Below are positions 19,704 to 28,977 of a stretch of DNA of 43,161 bases, in pieces. The translations under genes and the position numbers were made by a program. Origin of the DNA: a bacterium (lineage in GTDB: Bacteria; Bacteroidota; Bacteroidia; Bacteroidales; UBA932); NCBI GenBank assembly GCA_963607915.1, contig CAVDEO010000005.1:1-43161 (forward strand). Reading direction: 5' to 3'. Below the pieces are notes generated by a model that did no database searches, was not told where the DNA came from, and was given only the letters and a program-made list of their open reading frames with translations. The first letter of the stretch is position 1, and each line of letters opens with the position of its first letter.

Positions 19704-22700
19704 ATGAAAGGTAAGACGCTGTTGTTCATCACGGCTGCCGTACTTCTCCTTCTGACAAGACCCGCCGGGGCGCAACCTCCGGAGCGGATCAGCGTCAGGA
19801 TGGACAATGTCACGGTGAAAGCCGTTCTGGACAGGATTCAGACGATGACGGATTATGCCTTTTTCTACAACAACACCGAAATCGACGACAGCCGGCTCGT
19901 CTCGGTGGATGTGAAAGAACAGACAATCCCCAATGTACTCTCGCAGATTATACCGGGAGTCAGATGCAGTTTCGACAACAGGAAAATTTTCCTGAGCATT
20001 GAGCCGGCCGAGGCGGAAAGCCAGTCGCAGGCAGCCCGAGGAGGGAAGTTCACCATCCGGGGTACAATCCGGGACGAGAACGGAGAGCCGCTGCCCGGAG
20101 CGAGCGCCGTCGTGAAACAGTCCGGCAAGACCTACGGAAGCGTAGCCGACATCGACGGCAAGTTCATCCTCGAACTTCCTTCAGTTCCGGAACGCGGACA
20201 GAAACTCGAGTTCTCCTGCATAGGCTTCGCCGACATAAGCGAAGCGATTTCAGGCAGGGCGCTTTTCGAGATTCAGATGAAACCTGACAGCGAGCTCCTT
20301 GCCGAGACCGTCGTGGTCGGCTACGGAGTGCAGAAGAAGGTCAACCTCACCGGCGCAGTTTCGGCCGTCACGGCGAAAGACATCGAGAACCGTCCTGTCG
20401 CAACCGTCGGTCAGGCTCTTCAGGGACTCATCCCCAACCTCAATGTCACAATCAGCAGCGGAAGCCCGTCGCAGGAGGCCTCGTTCAACATCCGTGGCAA
20501 CACCTCCCCGAACGGCGGTTCGCCCCTCGTGCTCGTGGACGGGGTGGAGACCAACCTTTCGCGAATCAACCCCAATGACATAGAGTCCATCTCCGTTCTC
20601 AAGGACGCTTCCTCGGCGGCCATCTACGGAGCCCGGGGCGCGTTCGGAGTCATACTCGTCACCACCAAGTCCGGCAAAGCGGACACTCCGCCGCAGGTGA
20701 CGTTCGACGCGCGATACTCCTTCAGCGACAACACCGTAAGCACCGACTTCGAGACCAGGGGATATTACAGCGCCTACATCGCCGACCTCTTTATGTCCAC
20801 CCGTCAGGGAGTTCCGTACACGAGCTACACCGACTACGACTACCAGAGGCTCTGGGAGCGCAGGAACGATGTCACCGAGAATCCCGAGAGGCCCTGGGTC
20901 GTGACCGAGATGAGGAACGGCCAGCTCTCCTATGTCTATCTCGCCAACTTCGACTGGTACAACTGGATGTTCGACGAGACCCGTCCGACGCAGGACTACA
21001 ATGTGAACGTGAGCGGAGGCTCGAAGAATGTCAACTATATGGTCTCCGGACGCTACTACCATCAGGACGGAAACTTCCGCATAGGCAAGGACTATTTCGA
21101 CTCTTACAACGTCAGGGCCAAGACCGATGTCAAGATCCGGCCGTGGCTGCGTCTGTCCACCAATATGCGATACTTCGCCCGGAACTACTACAACGCCAAC
21201 GGAGGCCGTTTCAGGCAGCCGTATATGCACGCTCTCGCCTCTCTCGTGCCGGTGAACCCGGACGGGACGGCGGTCTCCCACACACTGATGACCAACTCGT
21301 CCTCGCACTATGTGATGGACGGCTACAGCGCGATGCTCTACAAGGGCAAGCAGTGGTCAATCAACAAGCGTCAGGAAGTGACCATCTCCTCCACCCTCAC
21401 AGCCGACCTCACGAAACATCTGAAAATGGTTCTCGACTATTCCTACGCCTATCAGGGTTCGGGGACCAAGTACAGGGACACCACCGTGGAATACTCGATG
21501 TACCCGGGCATCATAGCGCAGGAGCCTACGAGCGACTGGAAAGACCGTTATGACGAGATGTCGTCCGCCAAGGATCTGCACGTCGCAAATGCCTATATAT
21601 CATACGAAAACGCCTGGGGGGGGGATAATGACCACAGCTTCACCGGCACGGCCGGCATAAACTACGAGAACTATTCCAAGACGAACATTGAAGTCAGAAG
21701 GGACGACCTCCTCTCCGAGGATATGTCCGACTTCAATCTCGCCGTCGGAAACATCGACAGGCTGACGGGCGGCGTGAACGAATACGAGCTCGCCGGCCTT
21801 TTCTACCGCTTCACCTATTCCTACAAAGGCCGCTATCTCGCCGAGACCAACGGCCGTCTGGACGGCTCCTCACGGTTCCTCAAAGGACATCAGTGGGGTT
21901 TCTTCCCGTCTGCGTCGCTCGCGTGGAGGCTCAGCGAAGAACCTTGGATGGCATCCGCGAAACGCGTGATGAACAACCTCAAGATCCGCGCTTCCTACGG
22001 CTCTCTCGGAAACCAAAACATCGACAATTACGCCTACTACCAGACGGTAAGCACCAGCGGGCATATGAACTACACCCTCGACGGGAAGTCGCACGCCAAT
22101 CACGCCACCGTCTCCGCCCCCGTGTCTTCGGGCACCTGGGAGACCGTCACCTCCGCCGACCTCGGTCTGGACGCCGGCTTCTGGGAGGACAGGCTGACCT
22201 TCACCGGCGATGTCTATGTCCGTGACACCAAAGGCATTCTCACCACAGGCAAGAAACTGCCTTCGACCTACGGCGCGACCGAGCCTCTTGTCAACGCCAA
22301 CGACCTCCGAACTTTCGGCTGGGAGATTCAACTCAGCTGGAAGGACTCCTTCAACATCGGTTCGAGACGTTTCGATTACACCGTCGGCGGTTCGCTCTCC
22401 GACTACAAGGCATGGTACACCCGCTGCGACAACCCTTCAGGAATCCTCAGCGATCCCTATGTGGGCAAACGTCTCGGGGAAATCTGGGGCTTCAGGGTGG
22501 ACGGCCTCTTCGCCAACGACGCCGAGGCTGCGGAATATGCCAGTCAGGTGAATCTCCAGTTCCCGTACAAGTCGGACTATTCGAGCATCGGCGACTACGG
22601 CAAGGGAGTCAGGGGCGGAGACCTCAAATACCTCGACCTCAACGGCGACGGTAAGGTGGACCAGGGACAGAACACCCTCTCCGACCCGGGCGACCGCGTG

Positions 22701-23240
22701 ATTATAGGCAACAGCCAGCCGCGATTCTCCTACGGATTCAATCTCGGGGCTAACTTCTGCGGATTCGACTTCTCCGTCTTCTTTCAGGGCATAGGTCATC
22801 AGGACTGGTATCCGAGCTACGAAAATATGCGTTTCTGGGGCCCTTACTGCCGGCCTTACTGCTCGTTCGTGGGACGCGACTTTATGAAGAACGTCTGGTC
22901 CGAGACCAACACCGACGCCTATTTCCCGAGGGCGAGGGGCTATGCCGCGCTCAACGGAATGGTTTACTACACCAACGACCGCTACCTTCAGAACCTCGCC
23001 TACATCCGTCTCAAGAACCTGAGTTTCGGATATTCCCTGCCTGAGAAGCTGCTCTCGAAGATAAGGCTCTCCGGGCTGCGGGTCTATTTCGCCGGCGAGA
23101 ACCTCTGGTACTGGTCGCCGCTGAAGAAAATCAACAGGTATGTCGATCCGGAGCATCTCTCCAGCAACGGGAACAGCTCCACCGCCGACACCTACACGTT
23201 CTACAAGACTTTCAGCTTCGGCGTCACCGTTAAATTTTAG
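19704..23240 (+). CDS. susC: SusC/RagA TonB-dependent transporter with N-terminal STN signalling domain
   Basis: VVVGYGVQKK, ISVLKDASSAAIYGARGAFGVILVTTK plug motif, DGSSRF, C-terminal Phe. Confidence 0.96.
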   Translation: MKGKTLLFITAAVLLLLTRPAGAQPPERISVRMDNVTVKAVLDRIQTMTDYAFFYNNTEIDDSRLVSVDVKEQTIPNVLSQIIPGVRCSFDNRKIFLSIEPAEAESQSQAARGGKFTIRGTIRDENGEPLPGASAVVKQSGKTYGSVADIDGKFILELPSVPERGQKLEFSCIGFADISEAISGRALFEIQMKPDSELLAETVVVGYGVQKKVNLTGAVSAVTAKDIENRPVATVGQALQGLIPNLNVTISSGSPSQEASFNIRGNTSPNGGSPLVLVDGVETNLSRINPNDIESISVLKDASSAAIYGARGAFGVILVTTKSGKADTPPQVTFDARYSFSDNTVSTDFETRGYYSAYIADLFMSTRQGVPYTSYTDYDYQRLWERRNDVTENPERPWVVTEMRNGQLSYVYLANFDWYNWMFDETRPTQDYNVNVSGGSKNVNYMVSGRYYHQDGNFRIGKDYFDSYNVRAKTDVKIRPWLRLSTNMRYFARNYYNANGGRFRQPYMHALASLVPVNPDGTAVSHTLMTNSSSHYVMDGYSAMLYKGKQWSINKRQEVTISSTLTADLTKHLKMVLDYSYAYQGSGTKYRDTTVEYSMYPGIIAQEPTSDWKDRYDEMSSAKDLHVANAYISYENAWGGDNDHSFTGTAGINYENYSKTNIEVRRDDLLSEDMSDFNLAVGNIDRLTGGVNEYELAGLFYRFTYSYKGRYLAETNGRLDGSSRFLKGHQWGFFPSASLAWRLSEEPWMASAKRVMNNLKIRASYGSLGNQNIDNYAYYQTVSTSGHMNYTLDGKSHANHATVSAPVSSGTWETVTSADLGLDAGFWEDRLTFTGDVYVRDTKGILTTGKKLPSTYGATEPLVNANDLRTFGWEIQLSWKDSFNIGSRRFDYTVGGSLSDYKAWYTRCDNPSGILSDPYVGKRLGEIWGFRVDGLFANDAEAAEYASQVNLQFPYKSDYSSIGDYGKGVRGGDLKYLDLNGDGKVDQGQNTLSDPGDRVIIGNSQPRFSYGFNLGANFCGFDFSVFFQGIGHQDWYPSYENMRFWGPYCRPYCSFVGRDFMKNVWSETNTDAYFPRARGYAALNGMVYYTNDRYLQNLAYIRLKNLSFGYSLPEKLLSKIRLSGLRVYFAGENLWYWSPLKKINRYVDPEHLSSNGNSSTADTYTFYKTFSFGVTVKF

Positions 23241-23243
23241 GAA

Positions 23244-24980
23244 ATGAAAAGGATATTACCATATATTATATGTCTTCTGGCTGCGGCGGCTCTTGCCGTC
23301 TCCTGCGAAGATTTTCTCGTCAGGACGCCGAAAGACAAGGTCACTCCGGAAACCTATTTCACCGACGAGACGGACTGTGAACTCTATACGAACGAGTTCT
23401 ATCTCATATTCCCAGGAGCGTCGTCCGTCTATGGCGAATCTGCCGACTACATCTACACGACCACCGTCTCCGATGTGGCGAGGGGCACGAGGCTCGTCCC
23501 GTCCTCTTCGTCGCTCTGGAATTGGGACCGTCTGCGCGACATCAACTTCTTCCTCGAACACGCCGACCAGTGCGCAGATCTTGCCGTAAGAAACAGATAT
23601 ATAGCCCTCTCACGCTTCTTCCGAGCATATTTCTATTTCGACAAAATCCGCTATTACGGCGACGTTCCCTGGATAGACCGGACTTTCACGGCCCAGGACG
23701 AAGGCCTCTACAACGGAAGGGACGACAGGAAATATGTCTTCACCAGAATGCTGGAGGACATCGACTTCGCCATCGAGCATCTCTGGACGACGAAATCCGC
23801 CTACACCGTCACGAAATGGACGGCTTTGGCCCTGAAGAGCCGTATGTGCCTCTTCGAGGGGACTTTCCGGAAATATCACGGCATCGAAGGCTGGGAGGAA
23901 GTGCTTGAAGCCGGGGTCGACGCTTCGACGAAGTTCATAAAGGAATCGGGATATTCCATCTACACCGGCGGTTCCGAGCCGTACAGGAGCCTCTTCAACT
24001 CCCAGAGCGCGAACACGACCGAGGTCATCCTCGCCCGCGCCTACAATTCGAGCCTCGGACTCGTCCACGACGTGAACGGCTTCTTCACCTCCCCGACTAT
24101 GGGTCGCAGCGGTCTCGCCAAGGATGTGGTGAATATGTACCTGATGGCCGACGGCACGCGGTTCACCGACAAGCCGGGCTACGAGACTATGACCTTCATC
24201 GAGGAGACAGCATCGAGAGACCCGCGTCTCGCCCAGTCCATCAGGACACCGGGATATACGAGGCTGGGCTCCACAGCGAAGAGCGCCCCGAATTTCGCAG
24301 CCTGCATAACCGGCTATCAGATAACGAAATATGTCTGCGCCGCCCAATTCGACTCCTACAATTCCTCCGAGAACGATATGCCGATTTTCCGCACGGCCGA
24401 GGTCTATCTCAACCACGCGGAGTCCCTTGCCGAACTCGGCACGCTCACGCAGACCGAACTTGACAGGAGCATAAACAAGATAAGGGGAAGGGTGGGTATG
24501 CCTTCGCTCGATCTGGAAGCGGCGAACTCAAATCCCGACCCGTATCTGTCCGACCCTGTCACGGGCTACACCGGGGTCACCGGCCCGAACGCCGGTGTCA
24601 TTCTCGAAATCCGGCGCGAAAGGACCGTGGAACTGCTCAGCGAGGGGTTCAGGTACTGGGATCTTATGAGATGGAAAGCCGGCAAGAGGTTCGAGCGGCC
24701 ATATTACGGAATGTATTTCCCGTCAGCCGGCTCCTACGACCTCGACTCCGACGGCAGCACGGATCTGGTGATATATTCCGGAACCAAACCCGACGAGAAG
24801 GAAGGAGTGGTCTATATGTCGCTCAGCGAGGCCAACCTCTCCGAAAAAACCTCCGGCTACCTCACCATACATTCCGACATAGAACGGAACTGGAACGAGG
24901 ACAGGGACTATCTCTACCCGATTCCGACCGACGAGATAACCCTCACCTACGGAAACATCAAGCAAAATCCCAACTGGTAG
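23244..24980 (+). CDS. susD: SusD/RagB lipoprotein
   Basis: Lipobox AVSC, RFFRAYFYF...YGDVP, FRTAEVYLN.AE, RRER.VEL..EGFRYWDLMRW, QNPNW. Confidence 0.95.
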   Translation: MKRILPYIICLLAAAALAVSCEDFLVRTPKDKVTPETYFTDETDCELYTNEFYLIFPGASSVYGESADYIYTTTVSDVARGTRLVPSSSSLWNWDRLRDINFFLEHADQCADLAVRNRYIALSRFFRAYFYFDKIRYYGDVPWIDRTFTAQDEGLYNGRDDRKYVFTRMLEDIDFAIEHLWTTKSAYTVTKWTALALKSRMCLFEGTFRKYHGIEGWEEVLEAGVDASTKFIKESGYSIYTGGSEPYRSLFNSQSANTTEVILARAYNSSLGLVHDVNGFFTSPTMGRSGLAKDVVNMYLMADGTRFTDKPGYETMTFIEETASRDPRLAQSIRTPGYTRLGSTAKSAPNFAACITGYQITKYVCAAQFDSYNSSENDMPIFRTAEVYLNHAESLAELGTLTQTELDRSINKIRGRVGMPSLDLEAANSNPDPYLSDPVTGYTGVTGPNAGVILEIRRERTVELLSEGFRYWDLMRWKAGKRFERPYYGMYFPSAGSYDLDSDGSTDLVIYSGTKPDEKEGVVYMSLSEANLSEKTSGYLTIHSDIERNWNEDRDYLYPIPTDEITLTYGNIKQNPNW

Positions 24981-24986
24981 TCAATT

Positions 24987-27248
24987 ATGAAAAAGCCGAT
25001 ATATCTTTTGACAACTCTTCTGCTGGCGGCCATCTCCTGCAAAAAGGAAGTGGCTCTGCCGATGCAGATCATAAATCCGGACAGGGAGAGCATAGTCGCC
25101 CCCTCTTTCGGAGCGGATTATGAAATAAACGTAGTCTCCAACACCGCATGGGAACTTGACGCCATCGCCGAGAACTGGCTGACCTCCGCATTCGAGGAGG
25201 CGGTCGGAAACTCCGGTTTCACTCTCACGGTGTCTGCCAACGACGGGGTGGAGCGCAGCGCGGAGATCGTGCTCCGCAGTGCGGACGGCAATCTGAGCAG
25301 AAAGATTGAAATCACCCAGCTCTCCGGAAACGGGGACGGGCCGCTCCCGCTGTCAGCAGTGAGGGCTATGGAGAAAAAGGGTTCGTCCTATGTGTTCCCG
25401 ACCGGGAATATCGCGGGATTCGTCTCCATCGACAGGGAGAACGGAAATTATCCTCTCAACACCGTCTTCATTCAGGACAGTTTCACTCAGAAGTCGAGCG
25501 GAATCGCCGTCTGCTGCGAGGATATGCCCGCATTTGACTTCGGTATGCAGATGTCCCTCGACCTTGCCGGGGCGACGTTGAAGCGTTCCGAAGACGGAGT
25601 GCTCACTCTCTATCCGGCGGAGATGCCGGCGACAGGGGAGTGCAGCCCTCTGGAAATCGTCCCGCCGGTTCTCGAATATGGGGAGCTCGCAACCGGGAAC
25701 TATGAATCTATGCTGGTCAAACTCAACAAGTTCCAGCCTGTTGCGGACTATGTCGACAAGGAGTTCGGCTCAAGCCCGGTCGTGGAGAACAGGTCGGGTC
25801 AGCAGGTGAAACTTACCGTCAAGGCCGACGCTCTGTTTTCCGAGGCCACCTACAACAAGGGCAGCGGAACGGTCTGCGGCATCGCTGTGGCTAAGTCCGA
25901 CGGCCGGCCTTCACTCCGCCCGCAGAACACCGACGCGGTCAAGTTCGGCAAGTTCCGCATTGGGGAGCTACCAGGCATAAAGTCGCTTCCTTACGCCTTT
26001 TCTTTCTACTGCGACATCCACAACAGCAAGACCAATGCGGCCGAGATGAAATACACCGACTACACGCCGCTGACCTGGATGGCCGCCACAAAAACCATTT
26101 CAGGCATAGTCGCGACTGAGAAGGACGAGAACATAGGCTCTTATCTCGAGATGACCGCCTACGCCTCCGACCTCAGCAAGACTCTCTCCGGCAAGGGGCA
26201 GACCAACTGCTGGTCCGAACCGGGCGGCAACGACAACATCAACACCGCCGGTTTCGTGTCGCCTGACAGCAAGACCACGCCGAGCGCCGAGTGCGGATGG
26301 TGGCTCACCGTCCCTCTCCAGACCGACCTCCCGTCCAAGTTCAACGTAATCTTCGGACTCGCGGGCGCGGACTGGAGCATCAACCGCTGGAAACTCTCCT
26401 ATTCGCACGACGGCAACAACTGGATCGAGTCCGGTGATGTCACTTTGGGCCACGCCTGCTCTGGCGGAAGCTACTACTACCGTTTCTGCGTCACCGTCAC
26501 TCCGGACTCTCCGTTCGAGGCCGACAACAACCTCCACCTCAAGCTGACTCCTAGCGGGACTGACGGCTGCAACCCGAGCAACTTCAACGCGGACGGTCAC
26601 GGCTCAAGCTGCTACATCCGTCTGCATTCCGCGATAATCCTGCAGGATGCGACCGAACAGTCCACCGCAGTTCCTGAAGGCGCGGTGCTCTTCGAGCCGT
26701 TCGACAAGCTCACACAGGGCGCGGACTGGTTCTACGGCGACCGCAACGCCGCGCTCGCGAACTACTGCGGCTCGAAAATCACGGTCTGGAAATCCGATCA
26801 GTCGAGGGGTATGACGGGAACGGAGGTATATGAGCGCCCGGGATACGCCCAGATCGGTTTCGTGAACGACGAGACGACGGGTTCAAGACAGAAATATGAA
26901 GGAGTCAAGGGCAGCCTGACCACCGCGCCTCTCGGACAGGCGGGCGACTTCACCCTCAGTTTCAAGGCTGCGGCGTTCAGAACCCCTGCGAACCGTCCGG
27001 GAGAGAACTCCACAGTCCCGGATATCATCTCTCCGGACATCACGGAGGCTGTCGTCACAGTCAATGGCGGAGGCACAATCAACGGGGCGACTTCAGTAAA
27101 GGTCAGCGCTCTGCCGACGGACTACCGCTGGAAAAACTACAGTTTCAGCATCAAGGGGGCGACCGCCGCGACCACAATCACGTTCACCAGCGCTCCGGCG
27201 GAAGGACAGTTCTCACGCTGGTTCATAGATGAAATACTTGTAAAATAA
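24987..27248 (+). CDS. Surface lipoprotein: BACON + DUF5689-like + uncharacterised C-terminal module
   Basis: Lipobox AISC, VSNTAW...NWL...N...R BACON pattern, YESMLV motif; C-terminal ~425 aa paralogous to 28978-31302. Confidence 0.7.
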   Translation: MKKPIYLLTTLLLAAISCKKEVALPMQIINPDRESIVAPSFGADYEINVVSNTAWELDAIAENWLTSAFEEAVGNSGFTLTVSANDGVERSAEIVLRSADGNLSRKIEITQLSGNGDGPLPLSAVRAMEKKGSSYVFPTGNIAGFVSIDRENGNYPLNTVFIQDSFTQKSSGIAVCCEDMPAFDFGMQMSLDLAGATLKRSEDGVLTLYPAEMPATGECSPLEIVPPVLEYGELATGNYESMLVKLNKFQPVADYVDKEFGSSPVVENRSGQQVKLTVKADALFSEATYNKGSGTVCGIAVAKSDGRPSLRPQNTDAVKFGKFRIGELPGIKSLPYAFSFYCDIHNSKTNAAEMKYTDYTPLTWMAATKTISGIVATEKDENIGSYLEMTAYASDLSKTLSGKGQTNCWSEPGGNDNINTAGFVSPDSKTTPSAECGWWLTVPLQTDLPSKFNVIFGLAGADWSINRWKLSYSHDGNNWIESGDVTLGHACSGGSYYYRFCVTVTPDSPFEADNNLHLKLTPSGTDGCNPSNFNADGHGSSCYIRLHSAIILQDATEQSTAVPEGAVLFEPFDKLTQGADWFYGDRNAALANYCGSKITVWKSDQSRGMTGTEVYERPGYAQIGFVNDETTGSRQKYEGVKGSLTTAPLGQAGDFTLSFKAAAFRTPANRPGENSTVPDIISPDITEAVVTVNGGGTINGATSVKVSALPTDYRWKNYSFSIKGATAATTITFTSAPAEGQFSRWFIDEILVK

Positions 27249-27254
27249 CATATT

Positions 27255-28184
27255 ATGAGGAAAATTATAGCATTCATAATCGCGCTTGCGGCGTTCAACG
27301 GCTGCCTGAAAGCCGACAACTCGATGTACATCCCCGCCTACGGCCAGAACAAGAGCGACGACAAGGGTTCGGACATCGACGACACCATCGTCCAGGACAC
27401 CGTCGAAGACGGGGAACTCAAAGTTATGTCGTTCAATGTCAGGCTGAAGACCTCCGAAAAGAACGAAGAGAACAACTGGGATGTCCGCAAGTACGCGGTC
27501 ACTGATATCATCTACAAGGAGAACCCGACTGTCTTCGGCGTGCAGGAGGCTCTTCTGGAGCAGCTCGCCTACATACGGAGCCAGAGTCCTGATTACGAAG
27601 ATGTAGGCGTGGGCCGTGACGACGGGCAGAACGCCGGCGAGCATATGAACATATTCTACAACACCAAGCGAGTCAAGCTTGAGAGCTGGGGACGCTTCTG
27701 GCTTTCTGACACGCCGGACAAGCCGTCCTATGGCTGGGGTGAGGCCTACCGTAGGCTTGCAGTCTGGGCGCTGTTCACCGATCTTGCCACTTCGGAGAAG
27801 TTCTTCTATATGAACACCCACGGGCCGCTCAATCCGGATGCCAATTACTACGCTCTCCAGCTCATCGCAAGGCAGCTCTCCGTACTCAACCCGGACGGCT
27901 GCCCGGCAATCCTTACCGGCGACTTCAACATCACGGCTGACAACACGAACTTCGCCGCGATACGCAAGCTTATGAAGAACGCCAACGAAATCGGGGATGA
28001 TCCGAAGAATCTCAGGGACACCCAGAATACCTACAACGGCTGGGGCGGCGGAAGCGGTATCATCGATTTCATCTGGTACAGCGACTTCAACTCCGTCAAG
28101 TCCTACCGGGTGGTGACGGATGTCTATCGCAAGATCCGTTATCCTTCAGACCATTATCCGATTGTCGCCACGCTGGTTTTCTGA
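27255..28184 (+). CDS. Endonuclease/exonuclease/phosphatase (EEP) family lipoprotein
   Basis: VMSFNVR, GVQEA, GVGRDDG, FWLSDTPD, NTH, TGDFN, IDFI, PSDHYP; lipobox-like FNGC. Confidence 0.92.
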   Translation: MRKIIAFIIALAAFNGCLKADNSMYIPAYGQNKSDDKGSDIDDTIVQDTVEDGELKVMSFNVRLKTSEKNEENNWDVRKYAVTDIIYKENPTVFGVQEALLEQLAYIRSQSPDYEDVGVGRDDGQNAGEHMNIFYNTKRVKLESWGRFWLSDTPDKPSYGWGEAYRRLAVWALFTDLATSEKFFYMNTHGPLNPDANYYALQLIARQLSVLNPDGCPAILTGDFNITADNTNFAAIRKLMKNANEIGDDPKNLRDTQNTYNGWGGGSGIIDFIWYSDFNSVKSYRVVTDVYRKIRYPSDHYPIVATLVF

Positions 28185-28269
28185 ACCGGTCGGCCATCCG
28201 GAACTCTGATTCCGGTTCCGCAAGCGCGAAACATTTTGAATTTCAATAGACCATATAAATGACACTGTT

Positions 28270-28785
28270 ATGAAAATTACCGAACTGATTCTGGGCGCAC
28301 TGCCGGCGCTGCTGCTGGCGGCCTGCGCCAAGCCTTCCGAGTCGGTCCCTGTCACGGGTGTCAGCCTGTCTCCCGACAAAGTCGAACTTGTCAAGGGAGG
28401 CACGGAGACGCTCACGGCGACGGTGACACCTGCCGACGCCACTGACGGGACTCTGATCTGGGAAAGCGGCGATCCGTCGGTCGTCTATGTCAAGGACGGC
28501 AAACTGCTGGCTCTGGCCGTGGGCGAGGCGGACGTCACCGTCACCACTGTTGACGGCGGGTTCACGGCGGTCTGCAAGGTCACCGTCAAAGACGATGGCT
28601 CCGACCCTGACCCTGATCCTGACCCTGACCCTGACCCTGACCCTGACCCTGACCCTGACCCTGACCCCGACCCTGACCCAGATCCTGACCCTGACCCTGA
28701 CCCTGACCCGGAACCCGAGCCTGATCCGACAACGGGGGAGTCCACGCACGAGGGGTTTGAACCCGATGAAGTTCAATGGAAATAA
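28270..28785 (+). CDS. Lipoprotein with Big_2 Ig-like domain, (DP)n linker and conserved C-terminal tail
   Basis: Lipobox LAAC; VPVTGVSL...LTATVTPADAT...W.S.D...VTTVDGGFTAVCKVTV; 21 [DE]P units; tail GESTHEGFEPDEVQWK. Confidence 0.88.
   Translation: MKITELILGALPALLLAACAKPSESVPVTGVSLSPDKVELVKGGTETLTATVTPADATDGTLIWESGDPSVVYVKDGKLLALAVGEADVTVTTVDGGFTAVCKVTVKDDGSDPDPDPDPDPDPDPDPDPDPDPDPDPDPDPDPDPDPEPEPDPTTGESTHEGFEPDEVQWK
28603..28728 (+). repeat. Hexanucleotide repeat (GACCCT)n encoding (DP)18-EPEP-DP
   Basis: Read directly from the sequence. Confidence 0.95.
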
Positions 28786-28797
28786 AACTTGAAATCA

Positions 28798-28950
28798 ATG
28801 AAAGACAAAGGAAACCACAACGGAGGATATATGGCCCCGGACATCGAGGTCATATCCTGGAAACTGACCGAGGCTCTCTGCACCGGCTACTCGACATTGC
28901 AGGAGTCCTCGCACGAAGATTATCAGACAACTGATTTCGTTTGGAATTAA
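28798..28950 (+). CDS. Unannotated 50-aa peptide MKDKGNHNGGYMAPDIEVISWKLTEALCTGYSTLQESSHEDYQTTDFVWN
   Basis: ATG 12 nt after the upstream stop, stop 27 nt before the next ATG, AT-rich leader; YxxPxI motif; C-terminus aligns with the tail of the upstream gene; absent from the ORF track, apparently too short. Confidence 0.8.
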   Translation: MKDKGNHNGGYMAPDIEVISWKLTEALCTGYSTLQESSHEDYQTTDFVWN

Positions 28951-28977
28951 TAACCATTCAAACAAAGAAAACTTGAT

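Noticed and set aside
20250..21308. Long antisense ORFs (also 5450-6211, 36442-37551, 37552-38478, 40660-41610)
   Set aside because: GC-rich shadow frames opposite well-supported genes, with no recognisable motifs
28243..28798. Alternative-frame ORFs with (VR)n, (GS)n, (LT)n or (GQ)n repeats
   Set aside because: Shadows of the GACCCT repeat in the real lipoprotein gene
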